Virus record (IMG/VR): IMGVR_UViG_3300044970_000368
Coordinates: 1-62,060 of that record
Origin: a virus
Taxonomy: Duplodnaviria; Caudoviricetes
Reading direction: 5' to 3' (one strand)
DNA: 62,060 bases
Below, piece by piece: positions 38,345-49,700 of this stretch. Within the stretch, counting starts at the first letter, position 1. Each line of letters opens with the position of its first letter. Under the pieces are notes generated by a model. It had not been told where the DNA came from, did no database searches, and worked only from the letters and a program-made list of their open reading frames with translations. The position numbers and the translations under genes were made by a program.

Positions 38345-40075
38345 TTATCTATTTCCCAAGAATGATTCTAATGTTTCTCCGTATTGTGTTGCTGTCTGGC
38401 GAGGAACCGCTGGTTGAAATGTTGGTTGTGGAACTGGAGTAGTAGTAGGAGTTGGTTTTGGTTGTGATTTCTTTTTCAACTCTTCTTGTTGTTTAACAAG
38501 ATCAAATAATACTTTGCGCTTTGCAAGGAAGTCTGGAGAGTTTCTTTGATCTACTGGAAATTGTTCAAGCTCCATTGAAAGCGTTGAAATTTGGTCTTGT
38601 TGAGCTTGTCCTGTAGTTATTTCTTCTGGCATATCAAACTCAACAACAACTCGTTTTGGTTCTAAACCATATTCTTTTGCAAGTGAAGTATATGATTTTT
38701 TTAATTCACCATATTCATCACGTCGAGAATCGTATTGTTTTTTAGCCTGTCCAAGAAAATCTTTTCTTTGTGAATCTGAAAGGATTTGACCATTTAAAAG
38801 TTTATTATATGAAGCAACAACCCTATCTGGAACTCCACCTGCATTTTGAGCATTTGCGTATTCGCCCTCACGAACAGTTGATCCGGGATCAAGAAGTTTC
38901 ATGTAACCAAAAATCAAAGACATATCTCCAGCAGCAGAAGGTTCACCGCCAGATGTTTTAATACTTCTCCATGCGCTTTGAATTGTTTTGAAGTCTTTTG
39001 TTTGACCTACATATTCATCGCGCAATTTCTTTTCCGTTTCAAAATTAACTCCAGTGTCCGTTGCTTTTCTTGCTTCAGCTTCTGCCTTTTGTTCAGCGGC
39101 AATTTCTGATCGGCTCATTTTTTCACGAGGTTCAACACGGAAAAATGGAATTCCATTTTCGTCAACTTCTTGCGTGTATTTTCCTTGCTTGAAACCGGGA
39201 ATGTCACGATATGCCATTTGTTGGGCTTGTTCCTCTGTATCAACATCTCCAGACTCTGGCATTTGAATCTTTACTTCTTCTTTAGGTTGAGCTTTTTCAA
39301 TTGACAGCAAAGTTTTTGGAGGTGTTTTTTCAAGAACACTTGGAATTCCGTAAGGTTCAAACTTTGATTGAATTTCTTTTTCTTGTTCTGGAGAAATCAA
39401 TCCTGTTGAAACCTTTCCAAGTTGCATTGATTTAGGTTGTTCAATTGGTGCAAATGGCCCAATTCCAGAATTAGTTGATGCTGTTAAATATTCAGCAGAA
39501 ATATTTTCAAGTGCTTTTGCTTGATCTGCAATGTTTGCAGACATATCGCTTTCTTGCATTGAAATAGTTTCTGCTTCTGATGGAGTTAAATTAAAATCAA
39601 TTTTATCATCAGTTGTTTCCGTTGATTCTGGAAGCGGTTCTGTATCTATTGAACGATAAATTCTTCTTTTTGCTCCAGCGGGAACAGAACCTTCAATTCT
39701 TTTATCAATTGCATCTGCCTCTAATTCTAATTTTCTTGTTTTAAGTGATTCAATATATGGATCGTATTGTTTTGATTTAAGAGCGGCTACTTTCAAGTCA
39801 TGCGCTCTTTCAGCAAGTTTCTCCTCTTTAGCTTGCTCGGTCTTGTATTTAGCAGTAATGCCTTCAGTAATGCCTCCAACAGCAGCAAGAATGCCTTTGG
39901 AGATACCTTCAGACACAAGTTCTGGACGCGAGGATGGAATAGGAGCGTATGTCAATGGCTGAAGCTGGAATTCAGCTTTGCGAGTAACATCAAGCGGTTG
40001 CAATCCTTGCAATGCGCCAAGATTGGCAAATTGAGGTTGGAATTTGTATCCCTCGCCAGAGTATGAAATTGCCAT
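38345..40075 (-). CDS. Putative DNA ejection/internal virion protein
   Basis: Position before the giant ORF; GDMSLIFGYMKLLDPGSTVREGE. Confidence 0.6.
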   Translation of the reverse strand: MAISYSGEGYKFQPQFANLGALQGLQPLDVTRKAEFQLQPLTYAPIPSSRPELVSEGISKGILAAVGGITEGITAKYKTEQAKEEKLAERAHDLKVAALKSKQYDPYIESLKTRKLELEADAIDKRIEGSVPAGAKRRIYRSIDTEPLPESTETTDDKIDFNLTPSEAETISMQESDMSANIADQAKALENISAEYLTASTNSGIGPFAPIEQPKSMQLGKVSTGLISPEQEKEIQSKFEPYGIPSVLEKTPPKTLLSIEKAQPKEEVKIQMPESGDVDTEEQAQQMAYRDIPGFKQGKYTQEVDENGIPFFRVEPREKMSRSEIAAEQKAEAEARKATDTGVNFETEKKLRDEYVGQTKDFKTIQSAWRSIKTSGGEPSAAGDMSLIFGYMKLLDPGSTVREGEYANAQNAGGVPDRVVASYNKLLNGQILSDSQRKDFLGQAKKQYDSRRDEYGELKKSYTSLAKEYGLEPKRVVVEFDMPEEITTGQAQQDQISTLSMELEQFPVDQRNSPDFLAKRKVLFDLVKQQEELKKKSQPKPTPTTTPVPQPTFQPAVPRQTATQYGETLESFLGNR

Positions 40076-40077
40076 AA

Positions 40078-40671
40078 TTAAACGCCACCAAATTTAAGGT
40101 CAGATGAAGAAGGAAGCGAGAACATATTTGCTTTTTTAGATGCTGCTCCTGCACCTTGATTCACAAGTCCTGCCAAAGCGGGATTTACAGAGGTTGTAGG
40201 CGCATTAGAATATGTTGATGGCAGCATACCGCTTGCCGCACCAAGATTTGCAAGTGCCTCTTCACGCGATTTGTTGAAATCAAATCCACCACCAGTTGCT
40301 TGCTGTCCAGCGGTAGCCTGCGCTTGTTGAGCGGCAAGAAGTGCATTTGCATCACGGATAGACTGCATTGAACCCATTGTTGCAAGTTCTTGGCGAGCCG
40401 CTTGCTCTGCTTGCTGTTGGCGTTGCGTTCCAGCAGTAATTTGCGATTGCTTTAATGCTTCTTCTTGAGCTTTTTGAGCGGCAGCAGCTTGAGCGGCTTG
40501 TTGCGCTTGCATTTGAGACAAAAATTCCATTGTTGGATCAACTGGGGTTCCGCCTCCACCACCGCCCTTGCTTTTAGTTTTTGTTCCAAAAATAGCTTGC
40601 CGTCCATAATAACCAACAGGATTCAAAAATTTATATGGTGAATTTTTTGAAACCTTTAATGATCCACCCAT
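40078..40671 (-). CDS. Q/A-rich internal virion protein (paralog B2)
   Basis: MGG start, VDP motif, ends NMFSLPSSSDLKFGGV. Confidence 0.65.
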   Translation of the reverse strand: MGGSLKVSKNSPYKFLNPVGYYGRQAIFGTKTKSKGGGGGGTPVDPTMEFLSQMQAQQAAQAAAAQKAQEEALKQSQITAGTQRQQQAEQAARQELATMGSMQSIRDANALLAAQQAQATAGQQATGGGFDFNKSREEALANLGAASGMLPSTYSNAPTTSVNPALAGLVNQGAGAASKKANMFSLPSSSDLKFGGV

Positions 40672-40672
40672 A

Positions 40673-41134
40673 TTATGCTCCTCCGAAAGTTAAACCAGTT
40701 GTAGTTGGAACGGAGAACATATTTGAGCGTTGCTGTGTTCCTCCAGCACCAGCGTTTGCCGCCATTGCCATTGCTCCTTGTTGACCTCCCATTGTTCCAA
40801 GAGATGCTTGACGATACTGACCAGCATCACCAACAGGAGATGGCGTTGCTCCTCCAACTGGAGCAGATGCCTTTTGTGCAGCAGCCATAGTAGCTTGATC
40901 TTGCGCCTGTTGACCAACATTCATTCCACTCAATGCGCTTTTTGCAGCAGCTTCGCCTTGTTGTTGCGCCTGCATTCCAGCTTGTTGTTGAGCTTGAATT
41001 TGAGCTTGCTTTTGCCTTTCCGCTTCAGCAGCAGCTTGAGCGGCTTGCTGTTGTTGTTGCATAGCCATGAATGCAATCATTGGATCAACGCCAGAAGGTT
41101 GCTGTTGCTGTTGTTGTTTAGGTTGTCCTCCCAT
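40673..41134 (-). CDS. Q/A-rich internal virion protein (paralog B1)
   Basis: MGG start, VDP motif, ends NMFSVPTTTGLTFGGA. Confidence 0.65.
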   Translation of the reverse strand: MGGQPKQQQQQQPSGVDPMIAFMAMQQQQQAAQAAAEAERQKQAQIQAQQQAGMQAQQQGEAAAKSALSGMNVGQQAQDQATMAAAQKASAPVGGATPSPVGDAGQYRQASLGTMGGQQGAMAMAANAGAGGTQQRSNMFSVPTTTGLTFGGA

Positions 41135-41169
41135 AAATTAAAAGAATTTGTTGGTTGTTAGCACGGCAT

Positions 41170-41466
41170 TTAACTTTGTTCAAGAACTTTTTTGCGAGCT
41201 TCTTTGCAAAGTTCACTTCCGGGTTCAAATTGTCTGCAAGAATTTGGTCTATCATCGTAAATTTTGCAACAAACAAATTCTCCAACTTTGCCATCAAGTG
41301 CAATGCAACGATTATCAATTGTTTTCATCAACGGATAATCTGTCCTTACCATTTCTTTCGGAATGTTTATAGCGTCTGAACGATCTCGTCTCAATACAGG
41401 CCAAGACCATTTGAAACAACAACAAGCACCGCATGATTTGCAATCAAAATCATCTACTTGCTCCAT
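41170..41466 (-). CDS. YkgJ-family Cys-cluster (Zn/Fe-S) protein
   Basis: CKSCGACC, CIAL, CKIYDDRPNSCRQF. Confidence 0.85.
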   Translation of the reverse strand: MEQVDDFDCKSCGACCCFKWSWPVLRRDRSDAINIPKEMVRTDYPLMKTIDNRCIALDGKVGEFVCCKIYDDRPNSCRQFEPGSELCKEARKKVLEQS

Positions 41467-42290
41467 GTTACAGGTCGGAATCCAAGGTCTTCATTAACCA
41501 AATCTTCATATGGCGCAAGGTGAGAAATATTGGATATTTTAGCCTTCAATTTAGGACAATCAACATACTTTCCTTCATGCCTGTTTACGCAGTTGAAGCA
41601 AATAGGATAGAAGTCTGCATTAAGCGACTTGTCTGGATTGTTCTTCCATTTGTGGTAATCCTTAACATATCTTGTCGGGTCTGGCTGAACTGCGTTGTCT
41701 TCAAGATACTGGAAAATATTTTCATCAGTCCAATCTCGCATTGGATACAATGACATTGGCGAGTTTTCAGCGTATCGAATGTCAACCGCAAGCGGAACAT
41801 GACCTTTAATCAAATCTGTATCGCTATATTTAGTTCCGATATACACTGCTCCCCAAGGCCAGTTAAATGTGCCTGTAGGACGCTGCAAGACATCAGTAAC
41901 GCCACACAAGAAATCCTCACCTTCCTTTGGTCTTTCAGTCCCAAGAGAAAGACACACGGCAGTTCCTTGACCCCATTGGTAATACTTGATAAAATCAAGC
42001 CTTAACTCGCCAGTCTCGACATCTGGCCCGTCTGCAATCGCTATTTTGCTTGGAGCATAATCGTAAACTTCCAACTTCCACTCTTTGATCAAACGATCCG
42101 AATAAGCGTATCGCTCGCGAAATTTTGGCTCTCGATATTGAATGACAGGAAGATCAATTCCTGCGCCAAACTTGATCAAGTGCAGAAGTGCCGTGGAGTC
42201 TTTACCTCCGCTCCACAAAACCACTGCTCTGGGCCACCTTTTGTTCCATTCTTTTATTTTATGTATTGTTGTATCTATTAGTTGTTTCAT
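41454..42290 (-). CDS. PAPS-reductase-family (PP-loop) protein
   Basis: VLWSGGKDS, PMRDWTDENIFQY, C-terminal CFNC..CPK. Confidence 0.8.
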   Translation of the reverse strand: MKQLIDTTIHKIKEWNKRWPRAVVLWSGGKDSTALLHLIKFGAGIDLPVIQYREPKFRERYAYSDRLIKEWKLEVYDYAPSKIAIADGPDVETGELRLDFIKYYQWGQGTAVCLSLGTERPKEGEDFLCGVTDVLQRPTGTFNWPWGAVYIGTKYSDTDLIKGHVPLAVDIRYAENSPMSLYPMRDWTDENIFQYLEDNAVQPDPTRYVKDYHKWKNNPDKSLNADFYPICFNCVNRHEGKYVDCPKLKAKISNISHLAPYEDLVNEDLGFRPVTWSK

Positions 42291-43081
42291 TAAATAATAA
42301 TCGCTACACCTGCCAAAGCACCAATTGCAGCACCACCAGTTGAAAGCATTTGACTTTGTTGCGCGTTTGCGCTTGCGGCATTTTGTTGAGCATTTTGGAG
42401 CATCATTTGCTCGTAATTTTGCTGACTTTGCTGTTGGTTTTGATTGATTTTTTGAAGTTGTCCAAGGTTTGAATTAATCCAATCTGTTGTCGATTGATTA
42501 AGTTGCTGCGCTCCTTGCATAACATTTCCTTGATACTGCTGCATTGCTGCGAGATTTTGAGATTTTGCGGCTTGTTCAGCGGCAATAATAGACGCTGGAT
42601 CAAGACCTCCGATTGGTGCTGGAGTTTGAGCCAGATAACCCTGCTGAATCGCAAGGTTCTGTAACCTTGCCTGCCTTCCAGCTTCTGTTGCTTGATCGTA
42701 AACGGCAGACCTCCCAATTAGGCTATCAGTCCCAAGTCCAGATTGGTTCATCAATCCTTTTTTGACTGCCCAATTGTCCATCCAAGTTTTTGTTGCGCCC
42801 AAGTTAGTCGCTTCTGCAACTTTAGAACCAAGCTCATCGCGCATCTTGGCGATCTCTGGATTAAGCAAGCGATCAAACTCTCTTGAGCGTTGCAAATTAT
42901 CCATTCCGAATTCCGCTGCCTGCTGCGAAGTCTTTGCAGCATCAAATGACTGCATCAACGGAGCTTGAGATGCGTAAGATTTAAGAAGATTTGCTTGATT
43001 TTGCAACATCGCAAGTTGTCCTTGCGATTGTATATTTAAACCTTGAAGTGCTGCTGTTGAATCTGGTTTTTGATATGCCAT
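42290..43081 (-). CDS. Ejection/pilot-like protein (paralog A2)
   Basis: KPDS, APIGGLDP, hydrophobic G/A-rich C-terminus. Confidence 0.6.
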   Translation of the reverse strand: MAYQKPDSTAALQGLNIQSQGQLAMLQNQANLLKSYASQAPLMQSFDAAKTSQQAAEFGMDNLQRSREFDRLLNPEIAKMRDELGSKVAEATNLGATKTWMDNWAVKKGLMNQSGLGTDSLIGRSAVYDQATEAGRQARLQNLAIQQGYLAQTPAPIGGLDPASIIAAEQAAKSQNLAAMQQYQGNVMQGAQQLNQSTTDWINSNLGQLQKINQNQQQSQQNYEQMMLQNAQQNAASANAQQSQMLSTGGAAIGALAGVAIII

Positions 43082-43099
43082 AAATTAATGCAACATTAT

Positions 43100-44038
43100 C
43101 TAAATTGTTCCACTAATTGGAGCGTAAAATTGCCCTCCAGTAGAAGATGTTTTTGGAACATATTGTTGTCCACCATATCCAGTAATTCCTTTGCTTGCAG
43201 CTCCAGCACCTTTTGATGCCGCTCCATATCCTTGTGCCGCTCCGCTAACAATATTTCCTGCCGCTTGAGCATATGCGCCAGTCATTGCTCTGTCTGCTGC
43301 AAGATTTTGAGCTTGTTGCCCAAGCAATGCGCCTTGGTAATTCAATTTGTTTTGCATCGCGTTTTGTTGCAAATTTTGGAAGTTTGCTCCAGCTTGCGCC
43401 ATTTGATCAGAGACAGATTGATTAAATCCTCCAATGTTTCCATACATTGCATTCTGCCAATTTTGAAGTGCTTGCAAATTAGATGCCTTATTTGCTTCTT
43501 GCGCTGAAATTGATGTAGATGGATCAATGCCTCCAACCGGAGCTTGCATTTGACGAAGAATTTCTTGCTGCAATGCAAGGTTTTGCTGATCGTAGTTAGC
43601 TTTTGCTTTCAATGCAGCATCGTATGTTGCAGCTTGCCCAATAGTGGAATTGCCAAGTCCAGTTTCGTATCCTTGAATAAGACCTTGATTACGCGCCCAT
43701 TCATTCATGTAGCGAGTTGCGTTATCCATGCTTGCAAGTCTCGCAAGTTCTGCGCCTTGAGCTTGCCGCATTTTTGCTGCTTCTGGAGAAACCATTTTCT
43801 CAAGTTCACGGGAACGCTGAACATTAGCCATTCCGAGTTGAGCAAGTCGCTTTGATTCAGCGGCGGCATCATACTCCTGCTGCGCTGGAGCCATTCTTGC
43901 ATAAGCATCAAGCAATTGAGCTTGCGTTGCTTGTTGCTGTGTTTGGGCTTGCTGCATGGCAAGCATAATAGCCAAATTCCGCGAAGAATCTGGTTTTGTC
44001 AAATACTTTTTAGCATCAACTTTTTTTGCGCCACCCAT
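43100..44038 (-). CDS. Ejection/pilot-like protein (paralog A1)
   Basis: MGG start, KPDS, APVGGIDP. Confidence 0.6.
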   Translation of the reverse strand: MGGAKKVDAKKYLTKPDSSRNLAIMLAMQQAQTQQQATQAQLLDAYARMAPAQQEYDAAAESKRLAQLGMANVQRSRELEKMVSPEAAKMRQAQGAELARLASMDNATRYMNEWARNQGLIQGYETGLGNSTIGQAATYDAALKAKANYDQQNLALQQEILRQMQAPVGGIDPSTSISAQEANKASNLQALQNWQNAMYGNIGGFNQSVSDQMAQAGANFQNLQQNAMQNKLNYQGALLGQQAQNLAADRAMTGAYAQAAGNIVSGAAQGYGAASKGAGAASKGITGYGGQQYVPKTSSTGGQFYAPISGTI

Positions 44039-44040
44039 GA

Positions 44041-44427
44041 TTAAAAATTGGTCATACTATAAATTTCACGATCTGTTTTTGTCAAACCTAATTTAGTCAT
44101 AATTTCATTGCTAAAATTAGGGCGATCATTGATTAGCGGAACTCCGATATATCCGGGTTGTCCAGAAAGTTGCGAGTGTGCTTTCCAATCGCTCATCACT
44201 TGGATGACATCTTGTGGTCGCGTGTGTTGTGGGTGAAAGGCAGGATAGACGACAGGAAGAAATACATGATCAGAATATCCAAATAACTTGCCATTAGAAT
44301 AATGCGCGTAAACATTGATATTCGGATGTTCGATGATTTCATGGTCAAATTCTTGTGCAAAATCTTGCAATTCGTAGAATTCATTTGATCCATGCCTTGC
44401 TAATTTGTATTCAATTTTTGTTCTCAT
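44041..44427 (-). CDS. Hypothetical protein, possibly GNAT-like tail-region protein
   Basis: Position between nozzle and ejection genes; C-terminal MTKLGL. Confidence 0.5.
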   Translation of the reverse strand: MRTKIEYKLARHGSNEFYELQDFAQEFDHEIIEHPNINVYAHYSNGKLFGYSDHVFLPVVYPAFHPQHTRPQDVIQVMSDWKAHSQLSGQPGYIGVPLINDRPNFSNEIMTKLGLTKTDREIYSMTNF

Positions 44428-44435
44428 ATATTTAT

Positions 44436-44690
44436 TTAATTTGTTCCAACTACCACTTCATTTCCGCTCAATTCCGTTGGCAAGTATCCTTTGAACCTTT
44501 CGGCTTGCTGCTGAATAACCTTGTTCCGTGTGGCAAAATTACCGCATACAACGCAAGGCAGGCAATTTTCAGCATCAATTGGAATTGGAACAGAAGAATA
44601 AAGAGGCGCAACTGGATCATCGCCGAATGGTGAAACAAATCGGTTAGGAAAACTGGTAACTTTTACAGAAGCGTCAACGATGGATGGCAT
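44436..44690 (-). CDS. Small Cys-containing virion protein
   Basis: CLPCVVC. Confidence 0.6.
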   Translation of the reverse strand: MPSIVDASVKVTSFPNRFVSPFGDDPVAPLYSSVPIPIDAENCLPCVVCGNFATRNKVIQQQAERFKGYLPTELSGNEVVVGTN

Positions 44691-44691
44691 A

Positions 44692-46794
44692 TTAGCAAGG
44701 ATTTAATATTCTGTATTGATTTGCCGCTGCATTTGCGGCCTGTTGAGCAAGAATTCCAGCTTGTTCCTCGGCGTGAGTAAATGAAATGCTTGACAGGAAC
44801 GATGCTGCTGCCGTTGCTGAAATTGATGACAAAGATGGACAAGTCAAAGTCACAGTTCGATAAACTTTGGCATACCAACTTTGCTGGTCTGTTTGTGGAA
44901 TTTCATACGGACTTGGAAGAAGATCAAGAGTCAAAGTTGATCCATCTTGAGCAAGCAAACAAGATTTTTTTTCATCCGAATTTGGAACGCCAGTTGACCT
45001 TTCGCTCCACGGGTCTTGAAACATCCTAATAATTTCTACACCTAACTCTCCACACCATTCAACGAGCATAGAAAAGCCCTTATCTATATCCGTTGTGAGA
45101 TAAGATTCGCACGTTTCTGCAACTGCATTTCGAGTTGCAGATTCAGTAATCAAACGTCGATGCTGCGTGTTCAAAAAACCAAACTTTTCAATCTCTGGCG
45201 CGAATGGAGTATCCTGCCATTGGTAGTCTTCAGTTACCGCCAGAATGCGCGTGTCAAGAATATTTTGATACGGCCCCTTGCTGCCTCGATAGGATGCTTT
45301 GACATCTACTGTGCCCCCAATTTCGCAACATTCCAGTTCAGCGTAAACAAACTGCTTGAAGTCCATACCATCACCGAGCAATGCGGTTTCAACTTGCGAA
45401 TAAATGCGATTGAATAGTTCAGTCGTTGAACCATCGGCATTGATGCTCAAATATGAATCAACTCGATTTTGAGTAAATGATTCCCAAAGCGAAATGTAAG
45501 AACCATCGTTTGTCGCTGAATAATCAACGGAGAAATGAAAGCAACGAGGTTGTCCATCAACAATGCCTGTAGTCCACTCAACAGGTCGCGTTCCCGTCCA
45601 AACACCGCACCAAGCAGGTTGGCGCGATGATCCCATTTCCGCTGCAACTGCCCAATCCATGACCATTGTAGCTGAATTTAGTGGTTCAAGATACGGAATG
45701 CTATAGAGTAAATAATTCTCAAATGATGTAGCGCAAATGCCAGTTTGGTTGCCTGCCATGTATGCCTTTGCTCGCACCATTTCGACATCTTTATACAATA
45801 CCTGCGACGAAAGGTAAGCGTTGCCAGCAACGTCCGCTGATACAAGTCCACCTTGCGAAAACCACCACATTTGACCAGCTTGAAACGCGATGGACTTGCC
45901 AGCGATGCAACCTACATTCGCAAACAAAATAGTCTGGAAATTAGGCGTTGTTCCCCATGCCGCCCTGTCGTAAATCCCGCTTGAAAGAGCATAGGTTTCA
46001 CGATCTGTGAATACATACAATTTCTGGTCGTTATTCTGACCTACATAGTTCACCAATGCCGTTACAGGTCGAGTAAACGAGAAGTCTCCGCGCCCTGATC
46101 CTGTAGTGCGTTCCTGCCAACTTGTAGGGTCGCCAAGATCAGATGCAAGCACGATGTTTTTGTTAGCAACCCAAAGTCGATTTCCAGAATATGCCATCCA
46201 GAAACCAATTGGAACGTCTGCATCTTGCACTCCAGTTGTATTTGATCCGTCCCAATACACAGGAGCATTCACGCCATCTTGGATGAACAATACGCGATGC
46301 GATGGGGTAACAGAAACATCGCCACCAGTAGAAATGTTTGCTGATTTTGTTGCCAGAGTGAAACAAAATTGTGAAACATTTGGATCAAGCGAAACATTTG
46401 TAAGTTGGAATGGTTTCCAATCTTGAGGTTGCGTTAGTGGGAATGGACTCCAATAAACCTTGCCGTTTACAGCAAATACAATGTATGGCAACTCATCCGC
46501 TTCAACTCCTTCGCCATTTGTTCCGTAAATTTGCGTAGATGTTGTAGCATTTGCCGCTTTGAATTGCTTGTTTGCAAGAAAAAGAATGCCGCCTTGAAAG
46601 TTACCCGGAGGCAATGACAAACGCATGGATTGTCCCGGTCTTGTTTGTGCAATTCCACCTCGAAATTGACAATTTACCGCCCATTTCACTTGATTCTCTG
46701 GCAACGCCCAAGGATTGCGAACAGAGTTAATTCCTTGAGTCCAACCAGCAGTTGTTTTTACCTGCCGACCAGCTGTAATTTGAGGTGATTTCAT
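44692..46794 (-). CDS. Tail nozzle/stabilisation protein (podovirus-like)
   Basis: 700 aa, beta-rich, NRLWVA..ASDLGDP, position in tail module. Confidence 0.6.
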   Translation of the reverse strand: MKSPQITAGRQVKTTAGWTQGINSVRNPWALPENQVKWAVNCQFRGGIAQTRPGQSMRLSLPPGNFQGGILFLANKQFKAANATTSTQIYGTNGEGVEADELPYIVFAVNGKVYWSPFPLTQPQDWKPFQLTNVSLDPNVSQFCFTLATKSANISTGGDVSVTPSHRVLFIQDGVNAPVYWDGSNTTGVQDADVPIGFWMAYSGNRLWVANKNIVLASDLGDPTSWQERTTGSGRGDFSFTRPVTALVNYVGQNNDQKLYVFTDRETYALSSGIYDRAAWGTTPNFQTILFANVGCIAGKSIAFQAGQMWWFSQGGLVSADVAGNAYLSSQVLYKDVEMVRAKAYMAGNQTGICATSFENYLLYSIPYLEPLNSATMVMDWAVAAEMGSSRQPAWCGVWTGTRPVEWTTGIVDGQPRCFHFSVDYSATNDGSYISLWESFTQNRVDSYLSINADGSTTELFNRIYSQVETALLGDGMDFKQFVYAELECCEIGGTVDVKASYRGSKGPYQNILDTRILAVTEDYQWQDTPFAPEIEKFGFLNTQHRRLITESATRNAVAETCESYLTTDIDKGFSMLVEWCGELGVEIIRMFQDPWSERSTGVPNSDEKKSCLLAQDGSTLTLDLLPSPYEIPQTDQQSWYAKVYRTVTLTCPSLSSISATAAASFLSSISFTHAEEQAGILAQQAANAAANQYRILNPC

Positions 46795-46795
46795 G

Positions 46796-49700
46796 TTACC
46801 ACATCACAGGGTCAGCACCATCACCTTCCGCATAGCAAACGGAATTGATTTGCGGCACTGCCATAGCGTGACCATCAATTGATTCTTGTTGGTTTTTAAG
46901 GTATCCAAACGCAATCTGCCAATAGCGCATAGCTTGATCAGCAAAATCCTTGTCTTCCAAGTCAACTGCGTGAACCGCTGCAATGATTGCGCGTTCTTGT
47001 TCAAGCGGGATATAATCATAAACGCTCGAAATGCTTGGATTGGTAACTTTGTAAATGATCCTTGCCCACGCACAAGGCTTGCCAATGCGGATTCTGCGAT
47101 ACTGCGGATTGATTTCAGTTGGATGATATTGACCGATCAAAGTCATGTCGTTGCTGCGTCCGTAATCCCATGCGTAAAGGCTAACATATCCGTCCGTAAG
47201 AGGCTTTTCAATGTGTGCAACGCTTTTCACAAAGATTGGATCGGAAATTGCATCAACAAAGAACGTGGATGACACAGAATTGCCTGTTGTCGTGTAAGTC
47301 TTGCGTCCAGTTGTTGATGTTAAATCACGCGCATTGGCAAGCGTGTTGTAAAGCTCGAAAGAATTGTTATCAATGCGACGAACATAGTAATTTGTATTCG
47401 GCAACAATCCAGTTGGCAGCGTGTCTCCTTCTTTTGCGCGAGCTACAAGCAGCGTTCCTGTCTCGTATAGCGATGAATCAGCAACAATGTTGTTGGATGG
47501 TTGCACTGTGACATCACGAATAATGTCAAGGCTCAACTGACCACTTCCAGTTGAAGAAAGAATTACTGGAGATGCGCCGTTATACACTCGCACAGAATCA
47601 CCTATGATTTTAATAGTGTAATTAGTTGCAGCAAGCAGAGGAGTCGGCAATGTATTAGATGAACTAAAACGAACAACTTGATCTTCAGTCAAGAACGCAG
47701 TATTTACAGGTTTGATCAAGTTTGAGTCAACTGATGGAGAAACTTGCGTCCGAATCGCGTAATATGTTTGACCAGTTCCAAACGAATCAATGTTGATAAG
47801 CGTTGTCAATCCAACGTTTGCGTATACTTTTGCAAGCGTATTTGATGCAACGCTCAAATAGAATGGTGTTACTCCATTATCAATTGAAGGAGATGTTGTT
47901 GGAAGAATATAATCTGTTCCAAAGTAAATTTGTTGACCAGTTACAAGAGTTGTAAAATCTCCAAGCCAATTATTTGTAAAATCAACTCCAAATGAGCGTG
48001 AAAGAACAACATAAAATGTTCCAGTTCCTGAAGAAGTAATATTTACATCGCTAAAATCTGTGTTTTGAACTGTAAATGTTTTATTAATTATATCTGGAGA
48101 TTCAGCCCTGTATGCAGTGCCTGATATTAATGGAGAAGGCAATACTCCAGTTGAAGAAAAATTTACAAATACACCAGTAGATGGAGTTATTGTCACATCT
48201 GGAGTTGTAGCATATCCACTTCCAGATGTTATTACATTTAAACTTGTAACAATTCCACCGCTAACATTTGCTGTTGCAGTTGCTCCACTTCCAGAACCTC
48301 CAGTTATTTTAACTTGCGGAGCTTCCGTATATCCGGAGCCTCCAGATATTTGAGTAAAGTGAGAAAGAAAAGATGTTGTAATTATTGCTGTTGCAGTTGC
48401 TTGTGATCCAGACAATTTTTGAGAAGTTATGTTTACACCACTTGCCGGACTGCCAAGCAATGAAGAAACAGAATATGTAAATGTTTTTGCCGCTGCATTT
48501 ACAGAAATAATTGTTATTGTTCCATTAAATCCAGATGGTGAAGCTCCGCTAATTATTACTTTGTCTCCAACAGCATAGCCATGCGTTTCATTTGTAGTTG
48601 CAGTTGCTATTGTTCCAGTATATGCGGTTGAAATTATTGTTCCAGTTGCTGTAGTTACAGTTATTGGAGAAAGTGTAGTATATGTAAATGTATTTGCACC
48701 AGTTACATTTATTGTAAATGTGCCATTATATTCGGTTTCAGTTGCGCCACTAATTGTAACAACTTGACCATTTCCATATCCATGAGCATTTAGCGCAACA
48801 TTTGCTGTAGTTCCACCAATTGTTCCAGTTAAATTTCCAGCAGAAATTGTTTTGTTTGCACCAACTTTAGTTATTGATGTTACTTCTAACAATTGCTGAA
48901 CTGGTTGATCAATTGTAATTGTTGGTGGTGTAACATATCCAAATCCCGGATCAGTAATTACAATATTTAATAGTGTGTTATTTATTGTGTCTCTTACTGA
49001 ATAGCCTGTAGCCGTTTTTTGTTTTCCATACAATGGGCTTGTTATTGGAGGAGTTGGAGGGTCTGAAAATGTAATATTAGGGTCTGAAACATATCCGCTT
49101 CCTTTAAATACAACTCTTGTTGATGTTACAACTCCAACTACAACAGCTTGAAAAACTGCACCATCTCCAGATGGAGTAGAAATATTTAACCCAGTTGCTG
49201 TAATTTGATTTTCTTTACCAGATTTTGCTGTTGCTTGAAGTAATTTTACAAGAGAATTTGTTCCTGTTCCAGCAGTTGTAATCTTGATTGGATTTACAAA
49301 ATTTGTTGTTGTTGATGCAATGGCATCAGCTTGATTTTCGTGCAATGAAACAGAGAAATCGTCAACAACATTTACAAAATAATTTTGATTTTCAATTAAT
49401 GGTTGCGGCAATGTGCCGCCATTGGTTGTCGCTTGAACTTGATCTCCGTCATTAAAATAATGCTTAACATTAAAAACAAGTTTTGTCTCTGGAACGATTG
49501 CCTTCCGAACATCAATGTCAATCGGAGACATTGAACCAGTTGTGTAGATCGGATTGCTATTACTCTTCGCGTCAGAAAGTGAACTAAAAATGTTTAAATG
49601 CGTCGAATCTATCGGTTGTGCAAAGTATGTTTTCTTTTGTTCTAATGGCGCAGGAAGCGGCAATGTGGGAAAAACAACCTCGTTAGGCGAGTCAATAGCA

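Noticed and set aside
41454-42290. Dnd phosphorothioation or cysH auxiliary metabolic gene
   Set aside because: No other dnd/ssp or sulfur-pathway genes, and the context is virion ejection genes
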